DNA of 64,000 nucleotides from a virus: positions 1-64,000 of the IMG/VR virus record IMGVR_UViG_3300021405_000009. One strand, written 5' to 3'. A program made the position numbers and the translations under genes. Within the stretch, counting starts at the first letter, position 1. Each line of letters begins with the position of its first letter. The notes under the pieces are model-generated. The model had not been told where the DNA came from. It ran no database searches and saw nothing but the letters and a program-made list of their open reading frames with translations. Below, in pieces: positions 1-9,511 of the stretch.

Positions 1-1365
1 CGTGGGCGCATTGATCACGAGAGCCTGGGTTTGCAAGCCGCGCAGAGTTTCCTGCTGCTGCTTCAGTTCATCGGCGCGCGCCTGGTCGTTCTGGTTCTTG
101 GCTTCGATGATGCTTTTCTCCAGGGAGTCAATCTCTTTGGTCAGAGTCCCGGCAATCGCAAATGCGGCCTTGGGATTCTTGGCGCTCAACTGTTTCAGCG
201 CATCCTGGGTGGTCGCATTCGGGTCCGTCTTCTTCATTTCATCGAAGGTCTTGTTCCACTCAGTGAGGCCACGGTCCAGGAGCTGAGAATTTTTCTCGTC
301 CTTGCTGGCCCGACCAGCCTCGGCGGAGTCCTTTAGGGCGGCGGCGTCCAACTGCCGAATGCGCGCCGAGGTCTCGCCATTCTTCAGCTTCTCGTTCTCG
401 TTCGCCAGGGTCTGCTGGTGCGCTTTTTCATATTGACCGGTGAGGACAGAGAACTGTTGCACCGGTATCGATTGACCAACGCGTAACTTCTCGGTCGTGC
501 CAGGATAGTAGGTGTCGATCTTCGATTGCTTCAACAAGTCGAGATATTCTTTTGTAAGCGGGACCGAGGCGTCCTTGTCGAACGCGCTATACACGGGAGC
601 GTAGGAAGATGTAGTGTTCCCGGCCTTGTCGGTGGTTAGAATCGTTTTAACGCCGGTCTGTTCCCAGTCCCACGCGGTAGCTTTCGGGTTCGCCTTGATG
701 ATGGCGTCCATCTCCTGTTGCGACTTATTGTCTGCCATCGGCGCAACACCGGCTGCCCGGTAAGGCGAGAACTTGGCGATGCTGTTTTCCGCTTCGCGCT
801 GGTATAAGCCAAACTTTCGGTCTTCACTGAAGGCGTTGATGGTTTGCTGGGTCCTTAACGTCTCCAGGTTCTCGTGGGCGATCGTGGCCCTCCGCATCTC
901 TTGCTCAGTCTGAAAGCCCTGGGCCTCGCGCTGATTCTTCTCGTCCTCTATCTTATTGCGGCGCTGTTGTTCCGTCTGCGCGCGCTGCCGGTCCTGCTGC
1001 TGCTGCGCGTTCTGCTGTGCCGAGGCCGCACCTTTCCCCAGGCCGCCGAGGAAGCCACCGCCGCCCACGCCCGCCAATCCCATCATCGCGCCCATCACCA
1101 TCGAGCGCCCCCACTGTCCTGGGGACTTCGGTTGACTCGGATCTCCACCACCCATGAAGTCACTCATCGCCTTGCCGAGCATGGCGTGCTTGGCGACGGC
1201 GGCTACACGCGGATCTTGTTGCGGCTGCTGCGGGGTAGCCGGTTGTGGTCCCTGAAACTGCGCCATCCGCTGCTGCAGCGGAGCATTGCCCACCTGCCCT
1301 GGGTCCTGTTGAGGTCCGGGCGGAGCCTGCTGCGGTTGCTGCGTCTGCATGGGTAAGTCAGCCAT
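1..1365 (-). CDS. Large internal virion/ejection protein (5' part only; runs off window)
   Basis: ATG at 1365, frame open to position 1 (MADLPMQTQQPQQAPPG...). Gln-rich N-terminus, Gly-rich hydrophobic stretch, helical/coiled-coil remainder; lies after tail genes, as podovirus ejection proteins do. Confidence 0.6.
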   Translation of the reverse strand, partial: MADLPMQTQQPQQAPPGPQQDPGQVGNAPLQQRMAQFQGPQPATPQQPQQDPRVAAVAKHAMLGKAMSDFMGGGDPSQPKSPGQWGRSMVMGAMMGLAGVGGGGFLGGLGKGAASAQQNAQQQQDRQRAQTEQQRRNKIEDEKNQREAQGFQTEQEMRRATIAHENLETLRTQQTINAFSEDRKFGLYQREAENSIAKFSPYRAAGVAPMADNKSQQEMDAIIKANPKATAWDWEQTGVKTILTTDKAGNTTSSYAPVYSAFDKDASVPLTKEYLDLLKQSKIDTYYPGTTEKLRVGQSIPVQQFSVLTGQYEKAHQQTLANENEKLKNGETSARIRQLDAAALKDSAEAGRASKDEKNSQLLDRGLTEWNKTFDEMKKTDPNATTQDALKQLSAKNPKAAFAIAGTLTKEIDSLEKSIIEAKNQNDQARADELKQQQETLRGLQTQALVINAPT

Positions 1366-1397
1366 GAAATTCCTTTTGTGCTTTTGTAAGCTAGAAG

Positions 1398-1778
1398 CTA
1401 GGTCGTGAAGTAACTCAGTGGCGTCGTCGAGTCAATCGCCTGGTCAGTGAGCGCCCGGCGCAGAAAGCTGACAACGGTACTTACACCGCCGAGTTCCTTG
1501 ATGCCGTAGACGCCGAGAACGTTTGCCAGTGTGCTGGTGGGTTGCAGGCCAGCGCGTGACTTGCCGGTAATCTTCAGCTCCATGTCAAACAGCGCGGCCT
1601 TGTAACCACTAAGCAGGGAAGCGAACACACGTCGGCCCTGCTCGTCGGTCTCATGCTTGCCCGGCCGCGCGAAGCTGCGAATCAGTAAAGGGTTGCGCAG
1701 CCGGTAAGCTTCGGATTCAGGATTGTGAATGCCATTCGCTTTACCGATAGCATCCACTAAGGCTTCGATCTTGTTCAT
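1398..1778 (-). CDS. Putative lysozyme-fold virion-associated protein
   Basis: AYRLRNPLLIR...VFASLLSG...TLANVLGVY loosely resembles RxNNPGN-type phage muralytic domains; located among ejection genes. Confidence 0.35.
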   Translation of the reverse strand: MNKIEALVDAIGKANGIHNPESEAYRLRNPLLIRSFARPGKHETDEQGRRVFASLLSGYKAALFDMELKITGKSRAGLQPTSTLANVLGVYGIKELGGVSTVVSFLRRALTDQAIDSTTPLSYFTT

Positions 1779-1781
1779 AAG

Positions 1782-2420
1782 TTAGAGTGAGCCCAACAGT
1801 CCGGCAGCTCCACCGCCCATGCCGCCCGTCATCAGGCCCATAGCTCCGCCGCCCACCAGGCCGCCGATCTGCTGCAGGGCCTGCTGATTCTCCTGGTAGT
1901 TAATGCTGGCCGAACTAAAGGCATCTTGCCCGGACGTGTTGGCCGCGCCCGCCAGGCCGGTCGGGTTATAGGTTGAGGCCGCGCCTTGCAGGCCGCCCGC
2001 CGCCGCCAGATAATTCTGCCGCCCTTGTGCGTATCCCGCCTGGGTAATGCCGAGCTGTTCGCTCGATTCCAGGCCCGCAGCGGTGTTCGCGTTCTGCCCT
2101 GCAATCTCCGCCTGGGTTCCGCTGGGCAAGAATTGATTACCGCCGCCAACCGCCGCGACGTTCTCATTGCTGGCTCGGGCAGCCGCAGCATATTGTGAAG
2201 CTGTGCCGCTGGTGGCCTGCGAACGCAGCGCCGAATCCTCGGCCGGACTAAACCCGTACTGGTTAATGCCAGCTTCCAGGATAGGAGCGAAGGACTTCTG
2301 CAGGCTGCTCAGGATGTTGGTTTGCCCTGAAAACATCTGCGAGTAGCCCTGCTGCAGGGTGCCATAGAAGGACGCCTGCTCGGCGGCGAGTTGATTTTGC
2401 TGGGAGCTGGGACCGCACAT
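1782..2420 (-). CDS. Ejection (DNA pilot) protein, T7 gp14/P22 gp7-like
   Basis: MCGP start, Ala/Gly/Gln/Ser-rich, C-terminal GLVGGGAMGL hydrophobic Gly stretch; synteny. Confidence 0.6.
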   Translation of the reverse strand: MCGPSSQQNQLAAEQASFYGTLQQGYSQMFSGQTNILSSLQKSFAPILEAGINQYGFSPAEDSALRSQATSGTASQYAAAARASNENVAAVGGGNQFLPSGTQAEIAGQNANTAAGLESSEQLGITQAGYAQGRQNYLAAAGGLQGAASTYNPTGLAGAANTSGQDAFSSASINYQENQQALQQIGGLVGGGAMGLMTGGMGGGAAGLLGSL

Positions 2421-2422
2421 AG

Positions 2423-2827
2423 TTAGCCTTGAAGATCTAAGAGGTAGTCATTCGTGTCCGCAATGCGGACAAAGCCGAAGTGCTTCTGGCAGAACCGAAT
2501 CAAAGGTTCGGAGACGCTGTCAAAGACGAGGTACTTCATTCCGGTTCCCCGGATGCGCTCGCGCACGGCAGGGAATTCACGGGCCAAAGCCACCGCCGTG
2601 CGTCTCGGTTCCTGCGGAGCGAACTGAATATGTAGACGAACAATCTCGGCGTCGAGTGGCTCGATGCGGAGATACATGACCGGACCGACCTTATCTTCGA
2701 CGGCCAGGTTCAGACTGTCGGACTGGCGGAAGAAAGCTTCCGTCATCCTTCTCGCGGAATGATCTTGATCGTGCGAGATCCAGTCACTAATGATTGGTCG
2801 GTCTTTGTCAGAAAGATGTCGCAGCAT
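2423..2827 (-). CDS. GNAT-fold internal virion/assembly protein (T7 gp13/P22 gp14-like)
   Basis: C-terminal LIRFCQKHFGF GNAT-like motif; position between tail fibre and ejection proteins. Confidence 0.5.
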   Translation of the reverse strand: MLRHLSDKDRPIISDWISHDQDHSARRMTEAFFRQSDSLNLAVEDKVGPVMYLRIEPLDAEIVRLHIQFAPQEPRRTAVALAREFPAVRERIRGTGMKYLVFDSVSEPLIRFCQKHFGFVRIADTNDYLLDLQG

Positions 2828-2832
2828 TCTGA

Positions 2833-3945
2833 CTAAGCGGGGCCTATCGCAAGCCAGGTAAACGGTGAGCCATCAGAACTGATAGTCGAGAAGCTGGTAG
2901 TGCCGAGAGCGTTGAGCTGGGTGGTGCCCGTGCCAGGTCCGGTGCTTAACAGCACGATTGGGGTTCCACTGAAGGCGACGCTAAAGGTAATCGTGGTTGT
3001 GCTGACGCCGGTGCCAAACTGCAGGCGCAGGCCGGTAGCGGGTACCAGCATCGCAGCGGTCTGCCAGTCGGCCGTCGATGAAGAAGTGGCTACCAGAGCC
3101 TGGCCAGTCGTTGGGGTGCCGCTGACCGTAACTCCGCCGATCGAGCTAGGCGTTCCCCAGCCTGCGGTGGTTCCGCTGGTAGCGGTCAGCACTTCGCCAG
3201 CGGTAGGGGTTCCGCTTACGGTAATGCCACCGACCTGGTTCGCGTTGTTGATGCCCGAGCCGCTAGTCTCGATAGCCGCGCCGGTTCCCACCGTCATCAC
3301 AGCGGTCGTGTTGGTGCCCGAAGAGAGCGCCGCGAAACTTCCGACCGCGCTCGATGCCGCGATCCACTTCGTTCCAGTCCCGGTGGAGCTGAGGATCTGG
3401 CCAGCGGTCCCATTCGATCCCAAGCCATCGGTCAAGGTGGCGGCAATCACCAGATCGAGCAACGAGGCGTTCCACGGGGACGCGGCCGTGCCCAGCCTCT
3501 GGCTGGTGTTTCCGATCGCGGGCAGCAGGTTGTCGGCCGTAATGGTCTGATCGCCCGACGGACTTAACAACACCGCCGTGCCCAGCAGGCTGGGGCCGGT
3601 GCCGCTCACCGGTATCCAAGTGCCTACATTGAAGGGCGACGGAGAAGATGGGACGAGATAGTTCTGCTGGTTGAGGCCAGCCTGGGTGCCGTTCGCCCGG
3701 TAGGTGTTGACCAGGTAATACGATCCAGCAGGAGTAAGTTGGTCGTTAGGCCAGACGAAGACCGCACCGGCAATGTTGCCGTTCGCGTCCAGCGGAATGC
3801 GCAGCGGGTATCCGGCCACAATCTCGCCTGGATCGACCGGCTCCTGCGAGTCGTGCGAGAGCTGCATGGTGAGATAGCCGTTAGCTAGCGGGTTGCCTTC
3901 GAAGTCTTGAAACGCTCCGCCTTGGATCTGTGTCTTGCCCGACAT
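2833..3945 (-). CDS. Tail fibre protein
   Basis: N-terminal GNPLANG..LDANGN attachment domain, tandem GGxTVSGTPTxGxxLxATS repeats, C-terminal LQFG..ITFSVAFS..WLAIG fibre tip. Confidence 0.7.
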   Translation of the reverse strand: MSGKTQIQGGAFQDFEGNPLANGYLTMQLSHDSQEPVDPGEIVAGYPLRIPLDANGNIAGAVFVWPNDQLTPAGSYYLVNTYRANGTQAGLNQQNYLVPSSPSPFNVGTWIPVSGTGPSLLGTAVLLSPSGDQTITADNLLPAIGNTSQRLGTAASPWNASLLDLVIAATLTDGLGSNGTAGQILSSTGTGTKWIAASSAVGSFAALSSGTNTTAVMTVGTGAAIETSGSGINNANQVGGITVSGTPTAGEVLTATSGTTAGWGTPSSIGGVTVSGTPTTGQALVATSSSTADWQTAAMLVPATGLRLQFGTGVSTTTITFSVAFSGTPIVLLSTGPGTGTTQLNALGTTSFSTISSDGSPFTWLAIGPA

Positions 3946-3958
3946 CGAATGGAAGCTC

Positions 3959-4186
3959 CTACAAAGAAGGGGTGATGATGCGCGACTGCGGGATCATGCC
4001 GTCGCGATAGAACTGCCGCAGCGAGTCCGGGGTAACCACCACGGGCGGCAGAGGGCACCGTAGAAATGGGTTGGGACCAGGGGGAAAGACCGGGGAAGTG
4101 AAAGGCCCAGAGATCGACACGGCTGGCATCACCGGAGAGTAGCCGGTCATGTCACGTGGTGTGGTGGCCTCGGCTAAGGATGGCAA
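3959..4186 (-). CDS. Small Pro-rich hypothetical protein
   Basis: Fills the gap between tail genes with tight spacing. Confidence 0.5.
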   Translation of the reverse strand: MPSLAEATTPRDMTGYSPVMPAVSISGPFTSPVFPPGPNPFLRCPLPPVVVTPDSLRQFYRDGMIPQSRIITPSL

Positions 4187-4188
4187 CG

Positions 4189-6993
4189 CTAGTCCTCCTG
4201 CATGAAGCCGCCGAACAGCGTCATCGACAACAGTTCGTTCTGGAAGTTCTCGGCAGGCCAGGCAATTTGAATTTGTAAGTGCCTGCAGAGTGCGGGCTGC
4301 TTTGTCTGAGAGAAATAGAAGCGCTGGTTGTATGTGCTGGTACTCTTCGGAAGTTGCGGAGGGTCGGAAGTAAATAGCAACAGCGATTCGAAGTTGCCAG
4401 AGACTTCATCGATCAGCACGCCGGGCACGGGCTGGCCTCCCAGGGCCAGGGCGTCGGTCGTAAGAAAGCTGAGTTCGGCAATCTGGCCAGGCTGTGCCAG
4501 CACCAGCGAGCCGATGGTGAAGTTGGCGGGGAAGGGTGTGCCATTGTCGGTCCATACCGTTAGGTCGCGTTTAAGAATGGGGCCAGTCGCGGTTGAGCCG
4601 ACCAGTAACTGGTGCAGGCCGGGCGACACTTCCACCGACTGCACCGCGTGTGCGCCGCCTGTAATGGTGGCAAACGGGCTCCAGGTCAAGCCGGACTCGG
4701 GCGCGGCCGTGGGTGTCATGCGGAACCATCCCGTGGAACCATCCGCGACATAGAGCGCGTGGTCCTGCGATCCCGACACGTGCCAGGTTACATAGGCCGT
4801 GGCTGGACTCCAGTTCGATAGTTGGAACTGATCGCCGATCGGAAAGCCGACTTGGCTGATCCCGGAAGATGGATCGAGCGAGATGACCTGCGAGTCTGAC
4901 GTGAATAGATAGATGGTGGTCCCGTTGACCGCCAGCGCGTTGTATGAGAGCAGGCCGATGCCGGTAGCGTAGGGTGAAGAGAATAGCGGGTTGGGAGTGG
5001 TTCCTTGACCAAGGATGATGTAGATATCGGAAATAGTGAAGACGATTGCGCCACCGCTGGTGGGTACGATACGTGAGACGCGCGAGGGGAAGGTGGCGGA
5101 ATTGACCGCAGGAAACGTTACACTGCCGTTACCAACAACCGTGTCAGGCCCACCGCTCCAAAAGACTACATTGTCCACGCTACCAAAGACGCGGCCTAAG
5201 TGGTAAGTCAAGTTGACCAGGCCGGTTGGCGGCGGGTTATTCGCCCCCGCCTGTGGTCCAATTAAGAATAAGTCGAGGTTGGAGTCCGGGTTCTGGTCGA
5301 AGAAAGACCACTGCGCCCCGCCTCCAGGGTTCGGGATACTGGCCAAGAATAGCGGCGTTGCGCCACCATCTGTAGTGCGGAAGATCCAAATCGAATCAAC
5401 TTGAGGGTCGGCTGAACCAACCCCTCCAATTTCAGCCCCGTCCGCGACAGCATTGGTCAGCGGCGTGAGTGGCGACAGAGTACTTACCGAGCCATCCACT
5501 GCGTGGTAGCTATAACCATACTCCCAGCCAGTGAAGGCCAGAGTTAGCCACGGCCCGACATTGGTCCAGGTTAGGCCATTGTCGGTTGTCGTGCCGCTGT
5601 AAGTAACGTTCCACGCTGGTTTGCTGCTTCCGGTTGGCCCGCTGCCAGCTCTGACCTGCTGCAGATTGCCATTCGAATCCACGCAGACATCGCCGTTGAT
5701 ACCACCAGAAATGACCGGAGTCTTGCCCGGTGCCCAGGGCTGCGGGCCGTTAAGAATTGGCCCGGATGAAACCGACCCAAGCCAGTAGCTCTGGGTCCAT
5801 CCGTAACCGCCATCCGAAAGAGAACCATTTCCGCTGACCGTCGGAGGCTCAAACGCCGGGAGTCTGCCGCTGGTTGGGCCACTGCCGACAGCAGTCCACA
5901 CAAAATCATTCGAATCGGAGATCATTGGAGTGGCCACTGCGTAGCTCGCAAAAGGCTGCCAGATAACTAAACTGGCTGCAGTGATGCCATTCCCGTTGAG
6001 CGGATTCTGTGGCGAAAGCGCAGGCGCTTGGGTTGGCGGTGTGACGCCCCAGTTAAAAACCGGCGTTCCATAATTCGTCCACGTGCTCAGGCCGTCGGCA
6101 GTCGTTCCGCCGAGCGATCCAGACCACGCTGGAACCGATGCGCCCGTAGTGGCGGGTGTGCCAACGTCCGTCGTTGTGGCTGTGCCAAAATCCGCAGACG
6201 ATGCGTAGTTCGCGTGGTCGAAGTATGCAGTGACGAGAAACGTGGAGCCACTGGGTACGACAGATAGACTGAATAGGCGGTTGCCGTTCAGGAAGCTTGC
6301 CCCGCTTAGCCCGCTCGGTGTAAAGCTCATCCCCGTAGTTGCCGAGAACGAAGCGCTCAGAAACGTCAACAGGACTGTCTTCCCGGTTACAGCTACGGTA
6401 GTAATCGTCCCTACTTGGTAGGCGCTCAGATATTCCAGGTTGCCGTTCGAGTCGATAACCGTGGTTCCAACGTCGTAAGTCGATGTCGCCACCGCCGTGT
6501 TTGGCACCCATAGTCCGGGTTGCATCCACTTCTTCTGGTCAACGCCGTCGCCGAAGTAGAGCGTGTTACCCACGCTCTGCATGAATGTTTGTCCAGCTCC
6601 GGCGCTCTTCATCCAGATTGCGGTCTTCGTGCTGGGGCCGGTGCCGTTATAGAGAATGGTCGGCGTGTCCACCATCACGGTGATGGTTTCGCTGGAGGCA
6701 GAGAACTGCCGGAACTCGTAGAAGGAATCAACGTCCGTGAAGGTCGAAGAGTTGTAAACCGACAAACCGGGCCGACGCGTGGGCGTCAGCCGGTTCGAGA
6801 TTTCCGTGTTCGAGCCAGCGATCATGGCGTCGCCACGCGCGCCGTAGAACTTCTCTTCGATGCGCGTCGATCCGGCATCGCGCAAGGGGTTGCGTTGCGT
6901 CCACAACCCCTGGAAGAATCGGTTGGTGAAGATGGGCGCGAGATGAACCGGCCTGGTAGTCTGTGCGCCGGAGAGTTGTAGTTGGTTCGCCAT
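4189..6993 (-). CDS. Tail nozzle/tubular protein B-like with inserted repeat modules
   Basis: 934 aa beta-rich, N-terminal RRPG motif, three DSN..(DG/DN)xxxWT modules; synteny after adaptors. Confidence 0.65.
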   Translation of the reverse strand: MANQLQLSGAQTTRPVHLAPIFTNRFFQGLWTQRNPLRDAGSTRIEEKFYGARGDAMIAGSNTEISNRLTPTRRPGLSVYNSSTFTDVDSFYEFRQFSASSETITVMVDTPTILYNGTGPSTKTAIWMKSAGAGQTFMQSVGNTLYFGDGVDQKKWMQPGLWVPNTAVATSTYDVGTTVIDSNGNLEYLSAYQVGTITTVAVTGKTVLLTFLSASFSATTGMSFTPSGLSGASFLNGNRLFSLSVVPSGSTFLVTAYFDHANYASSADFGTATTTDVGTPATTGASVPAWSGSLGGTTADGLSTWTNYGTPVFNWGVTPPTQAPALSPQNPLNGNGITAASLVIWQPFASYAVATPMISDSNDFVWTAVGSGPTSGRLPAFEPPTVSGNGSLSDGGYGWTQSYWLGSVSSGPILNGPQPWAPGKTPVISGGINGDVCVDSNGNLQQVRAGSGPTGSSKPAWNVTYSGTTTDNGLTWTNVGPWLTLAFTGWEYGYSYHAVDGSVSTLSPLTPLTNAVADGAEIGGVGSADPQVDSIWIFRTTDGGATPLFLASIPNPGGGAQWSFFDQNPDSNLDLFLIGPQAGANNPPPTGLVNLTYHLGRVFGSVDNVVFWSGGPDTVVGNGSVTFPAVNSATFPSRVSRIVPTSGGAIVFTISDIYIILGQGTTPNPLFSSPYATGIGLLSYNALAVNGTTIYLFTSDSQVISLDPSSGISQVGFPIGDQFQLSNWSPATAYVTWHVSGSQDHALYVADGSTGWFRMTPTAAPESGLTWSPFATITGGAHAVQSVEVSPGLHQLLVGSTATGPILKRDLTVWTDNGTPFPANFTIGSLVLAQPGQIAELSFLTTDALALGGQPVPGVLIDEVSGNFESLLLFTSDPPQLPKSTSTYNQRFYFSQTKQPALCRHLQIQIAWPAENFQNELLSMTLFGGFMQED

Positions 6994-8042
6994 TACACTT
7001 TCTTAAGGTAGGCCAGCCAGGTTCTAACGCTGGCGTTGTCGTACTGTTCCAGGTTCTCCAGGTTCGCGGCGAGGATTGCCGACTTCTGCGGGGAGTTGGT
7101 CACCTTGTCGAGTACGGCCACCATAGCGGGCGCGTTGGTGGGGTCCGCGAAGCATAGTGGAGACGCCCAGGTTACTTCTGACGACGCCACCAGAGGGACC
7201 TTCGTTGCCACCGCATCGGCGGCGGTGATGTTAAAGGTCTCCGTGAACGACACCGCCATGGAGGCATCCATCGCAGCCATGGTCACGAGAAACTGATCGT
7301 GCGTTTCCCAGCCATGTTCGATGAGGGTGTGAGCGGTTCCGGCGAACAAGGCGCGCAGGTTGCGCAACACGTTCTCGCCATGCTGCTCGCAGCGCGTGCC
7401 ATTGATGTGGAAGTGCAGCACTTTCCTAGTGCGGTCGGCGAACTCGATTGCCGCCAGAGCCTGGATGAGTTGGTTCTTCAGCGGCCGGATCGCTCCGAAG
7501 CAGGCGATGTTGAGAATCCCGTGCTCGGGCTTCTGCTTCTTGGCCTGGTTCAGCGGATACCAGTTGGGCAGGTACGACACCTTGTCGTTCGCCATCCAGT
7601 CGCCAAACCGCTGCGTCACAATGGCGCGCAGGTCAAGCGTTGCCCGCTCAGAGTTGCTGGCCAGCGTGACGTTGTCGTAGTTCAAGTATTCTTTGATCCA
7701 CTCAATGGCCACGCCTTCAACCGCGAGGAACGGGACTTCGCTGTGGATTCGGACTACCCACCGCACAGAGGGATGAAGCTGGGCCAGTATTTCGAACTTG
7801 CTGGGCACAACCCAGAGCGCCTCAATCACGGCGATGTCAGGCTTGAACTCGGTAACCTCGCGGTCGATGTCATTGTTGTCGGTGACCTGCACCAGCTCGG
7901 CGACCATGCCGTGCTGGTTCAGCATCTGGACTACGAAGAGGGCAGAGTTATACAGACCGCCCAAGCAGTCCGAGTAAACACGACCAGGGCCGTACTCGTC
8001 ACAGTAATCGGCCCGCTTCTTGATGATGAATAAAATGCGCAC
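6993..8042 (-). CDS. Glycosyltransferase (GT-B/GT4-like)
   Basis: FGAIRPLKNQ and SFTETFNITAADA motifs equivalent to GT4 GRxxxxKN and ExFGxxxxEA. Confidence 0.8.
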   Translation of the reverse strand: MRILFIIKKRADYCDEYGPGRVYSDCLGGLYNSALFVVQMLNQHGMVAELVQVTDNNDIDREVTEFKPDIAVIEALWVVPSKFEILAQLHPSVRWVVRIHSEVPFLAVEGVAIEWIKEYLNYDNVTLASNSERATLDLRAIVTQRFGDWMANDKVSYLPNWYPLNQAKKQKPEHGILNIACFGAIRPLKNQLIQALAAIEFADRTRKVLHFHINGTRCEQHGENVLRNLRALFAGTAHTLIEHGWETHDQFLVTMAAMDASMAVSFTETFNITAADAVATKVPLVASSEVTWASPLCFADPTNAPAMVAVLDKVTNSPQKSAILAANLENLEQYDNASVRTWLAYLKKV

Positions 8043-8091
8043 AGAGATACCTCGGGAGATGGAAGCGAACCGGGAAAGGAAAGTTGAGAAG

Positions 8092-9147
8092 TTATTGACC
8101 CCAGTAATCGAAGGGCCAAGCAGGCCCGATGGGCATCCCGTACTTGTAGGGACCGCCGCCCATCATGCTTTCGCTGGGATAAAAAGATGTGTCGTCGCGT
8201 TCGCGGTCAGCGCCGCGCAGGGCCATCATGAGCGCCTCTTCCCACTTGGCGTAGGATTCGCCAGCCATCTTTGAGCCCGCGTGCTCGTACAGCATGGCGA
8301 TCATGCCTTGCCGTAGAAGGTAGGCGTACTCGTCGGGGATGGGAGCGATGGTCTGCAGCAGCGAAGTCAGCGTCGGCGGCTTGCGTTGATAGACGGGAAT
8401 AATCAGCCAGGCCAGACCCGAAAAAGCTGGCAGAGGAGCCAGCCGCATGGCGTATCCGTTCGGATTCGCGACCGTCCAAGTAACCGTGCCATCCAGCACA
8501 GTGGTCCCGGCAGATGCACCGATGGGAGCGGAAGGTTTGATAGAACCGCTGATTCCATAAGGCGAGCCGGGTGGCAGTGTAATCGGGCCGGTGGTGAAGC
8601 CTGGGCTATTGATGTTCAGGCCCAGCACGGTTGAATTGATGAACAAGATGTTGCCGTTGCCGTCGATGAACTGCTGGATCGGCGTCATCGGCGTCATCGA
8701 CTGGCCGTAGCCGCAGCCGTAAGAAGTGTTCGCGAACCACTGCCCCATGAAGGCCAGTGAGTTCGGAATATAGGACACGTTGAACGGGATACCTTGATAG
8801 GAAGTCTGTCCCAGGTCCCTCACTGACTCCATGGTAAAGATCGGCTTGGGCGCGAGGTTCCCGTTGTTGGTTGAGTTATTAATGTCGATGCGCCAAGCGC
8901 TTTCAAGCCATCCTAAGTCAGTTACCTGGGTGACATAGTCCTGCTGTAGGGCGACGGTGAGGATCGACGGCACATAGCCACGATTCCACTTCCAGTCCAG
9001 CGACTGCGCGAGAATGCGTTGCATCACGTCGTTGGCGACGTTCATGAACGGCCGCTGAGTCCAGCCACCAGCTCCGAACAGGGGGTTCAGTTCCGGGTAA
9101 GACTTAATGTCATCGGCGATCGATTGCAACGTGAGCGTGCTAGCCAT
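8092..9147 (-). CDS. Head-tail adaptor/tail tubular protein A-like (paralog 1, with insertion)
   Basis: WKWNR, QDY, GWLE and APIPD motifs shared with 9511-10242. Confidence 0.6.
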   Translation of the reverse strand: MASTLTLQSIADDIKSYPELNPLFGAGGWTQRPFMNVANDVMQRILAQSLDWKWNRGYVPSILTVALQQDYVTQVTDLGWLESAWRIDINNSTNNGNLAPKPIFTMESVRDLGQTSYQGIPFNVSYIPNSLAFMGQWFANTSYGCGYGQSMTPMTPIQQFIDGNGNILFINSTVLGLNINSPGFTTGPITLPPGSPYGISGSIKPSAPIGASAGTTVLDGTVTWTVANPNGYAMRLAPLPAFSGLAWLIIPVYQRKPPTLTSLLQTIAPIPDEYAYLLRQGMIAMLYEHAGSKMAGESYAKWEEALMMALRGADRERDDTSFYPSESMMGGGPYKYGMPIGPAWPFDYWGQ

Positions 9148-9157
9148 GGGCTTCCTT

Positions 9158-9511
9158 TTAGTGGTGAGACAAACTCCAGGCCGCGCCCGCCGCGTTGTCG
9201 GCGATCGAGTATGCTCGCACCGTGATAGCCAATCTGCGGTGGCGTGGGCGGAGCCAATGTACGGCCACGATCTTGACTGCCGCCTGAATGCTGAAGTAAG
9301 CGATCAGCGTTGGCCGGTTCCTGACGAACGGCCTGGCGACTGGATTAAATTCGTGAAACCCGAAGGTTTGGCGGTTGCGGTCAGTGGCGTAAGCGTCGGC
9401 ACCAGTCGCGGCCAGTTGCACCACGTCCAGTAGGAGCGTCGGTTTCTCCGCTGTTTGCGCGGAGATACAAACATGCGCCAGTAGTATCAAGGCGAGGACA
9501 ACGGAGCGCAT
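9158..9511 (-). CDS. Signal-peptide/membrane hypothetical protein
   Basis: MRSVVLALILLAHVCISA signal-like N-terminus; HEFNPVARPF motif. Confidence 0.5.
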   Translation of the reverse strand: MRSVVLALILLAHVCISAQTAEKPTLLLDVVQLAATGADAYATDRNRQTFGFHEFNPVARPFVRNRPTLIAYFSIQAAVKIVAVHWLRPRHRRLAITVRAYSIADNAAGAAWSLSHH

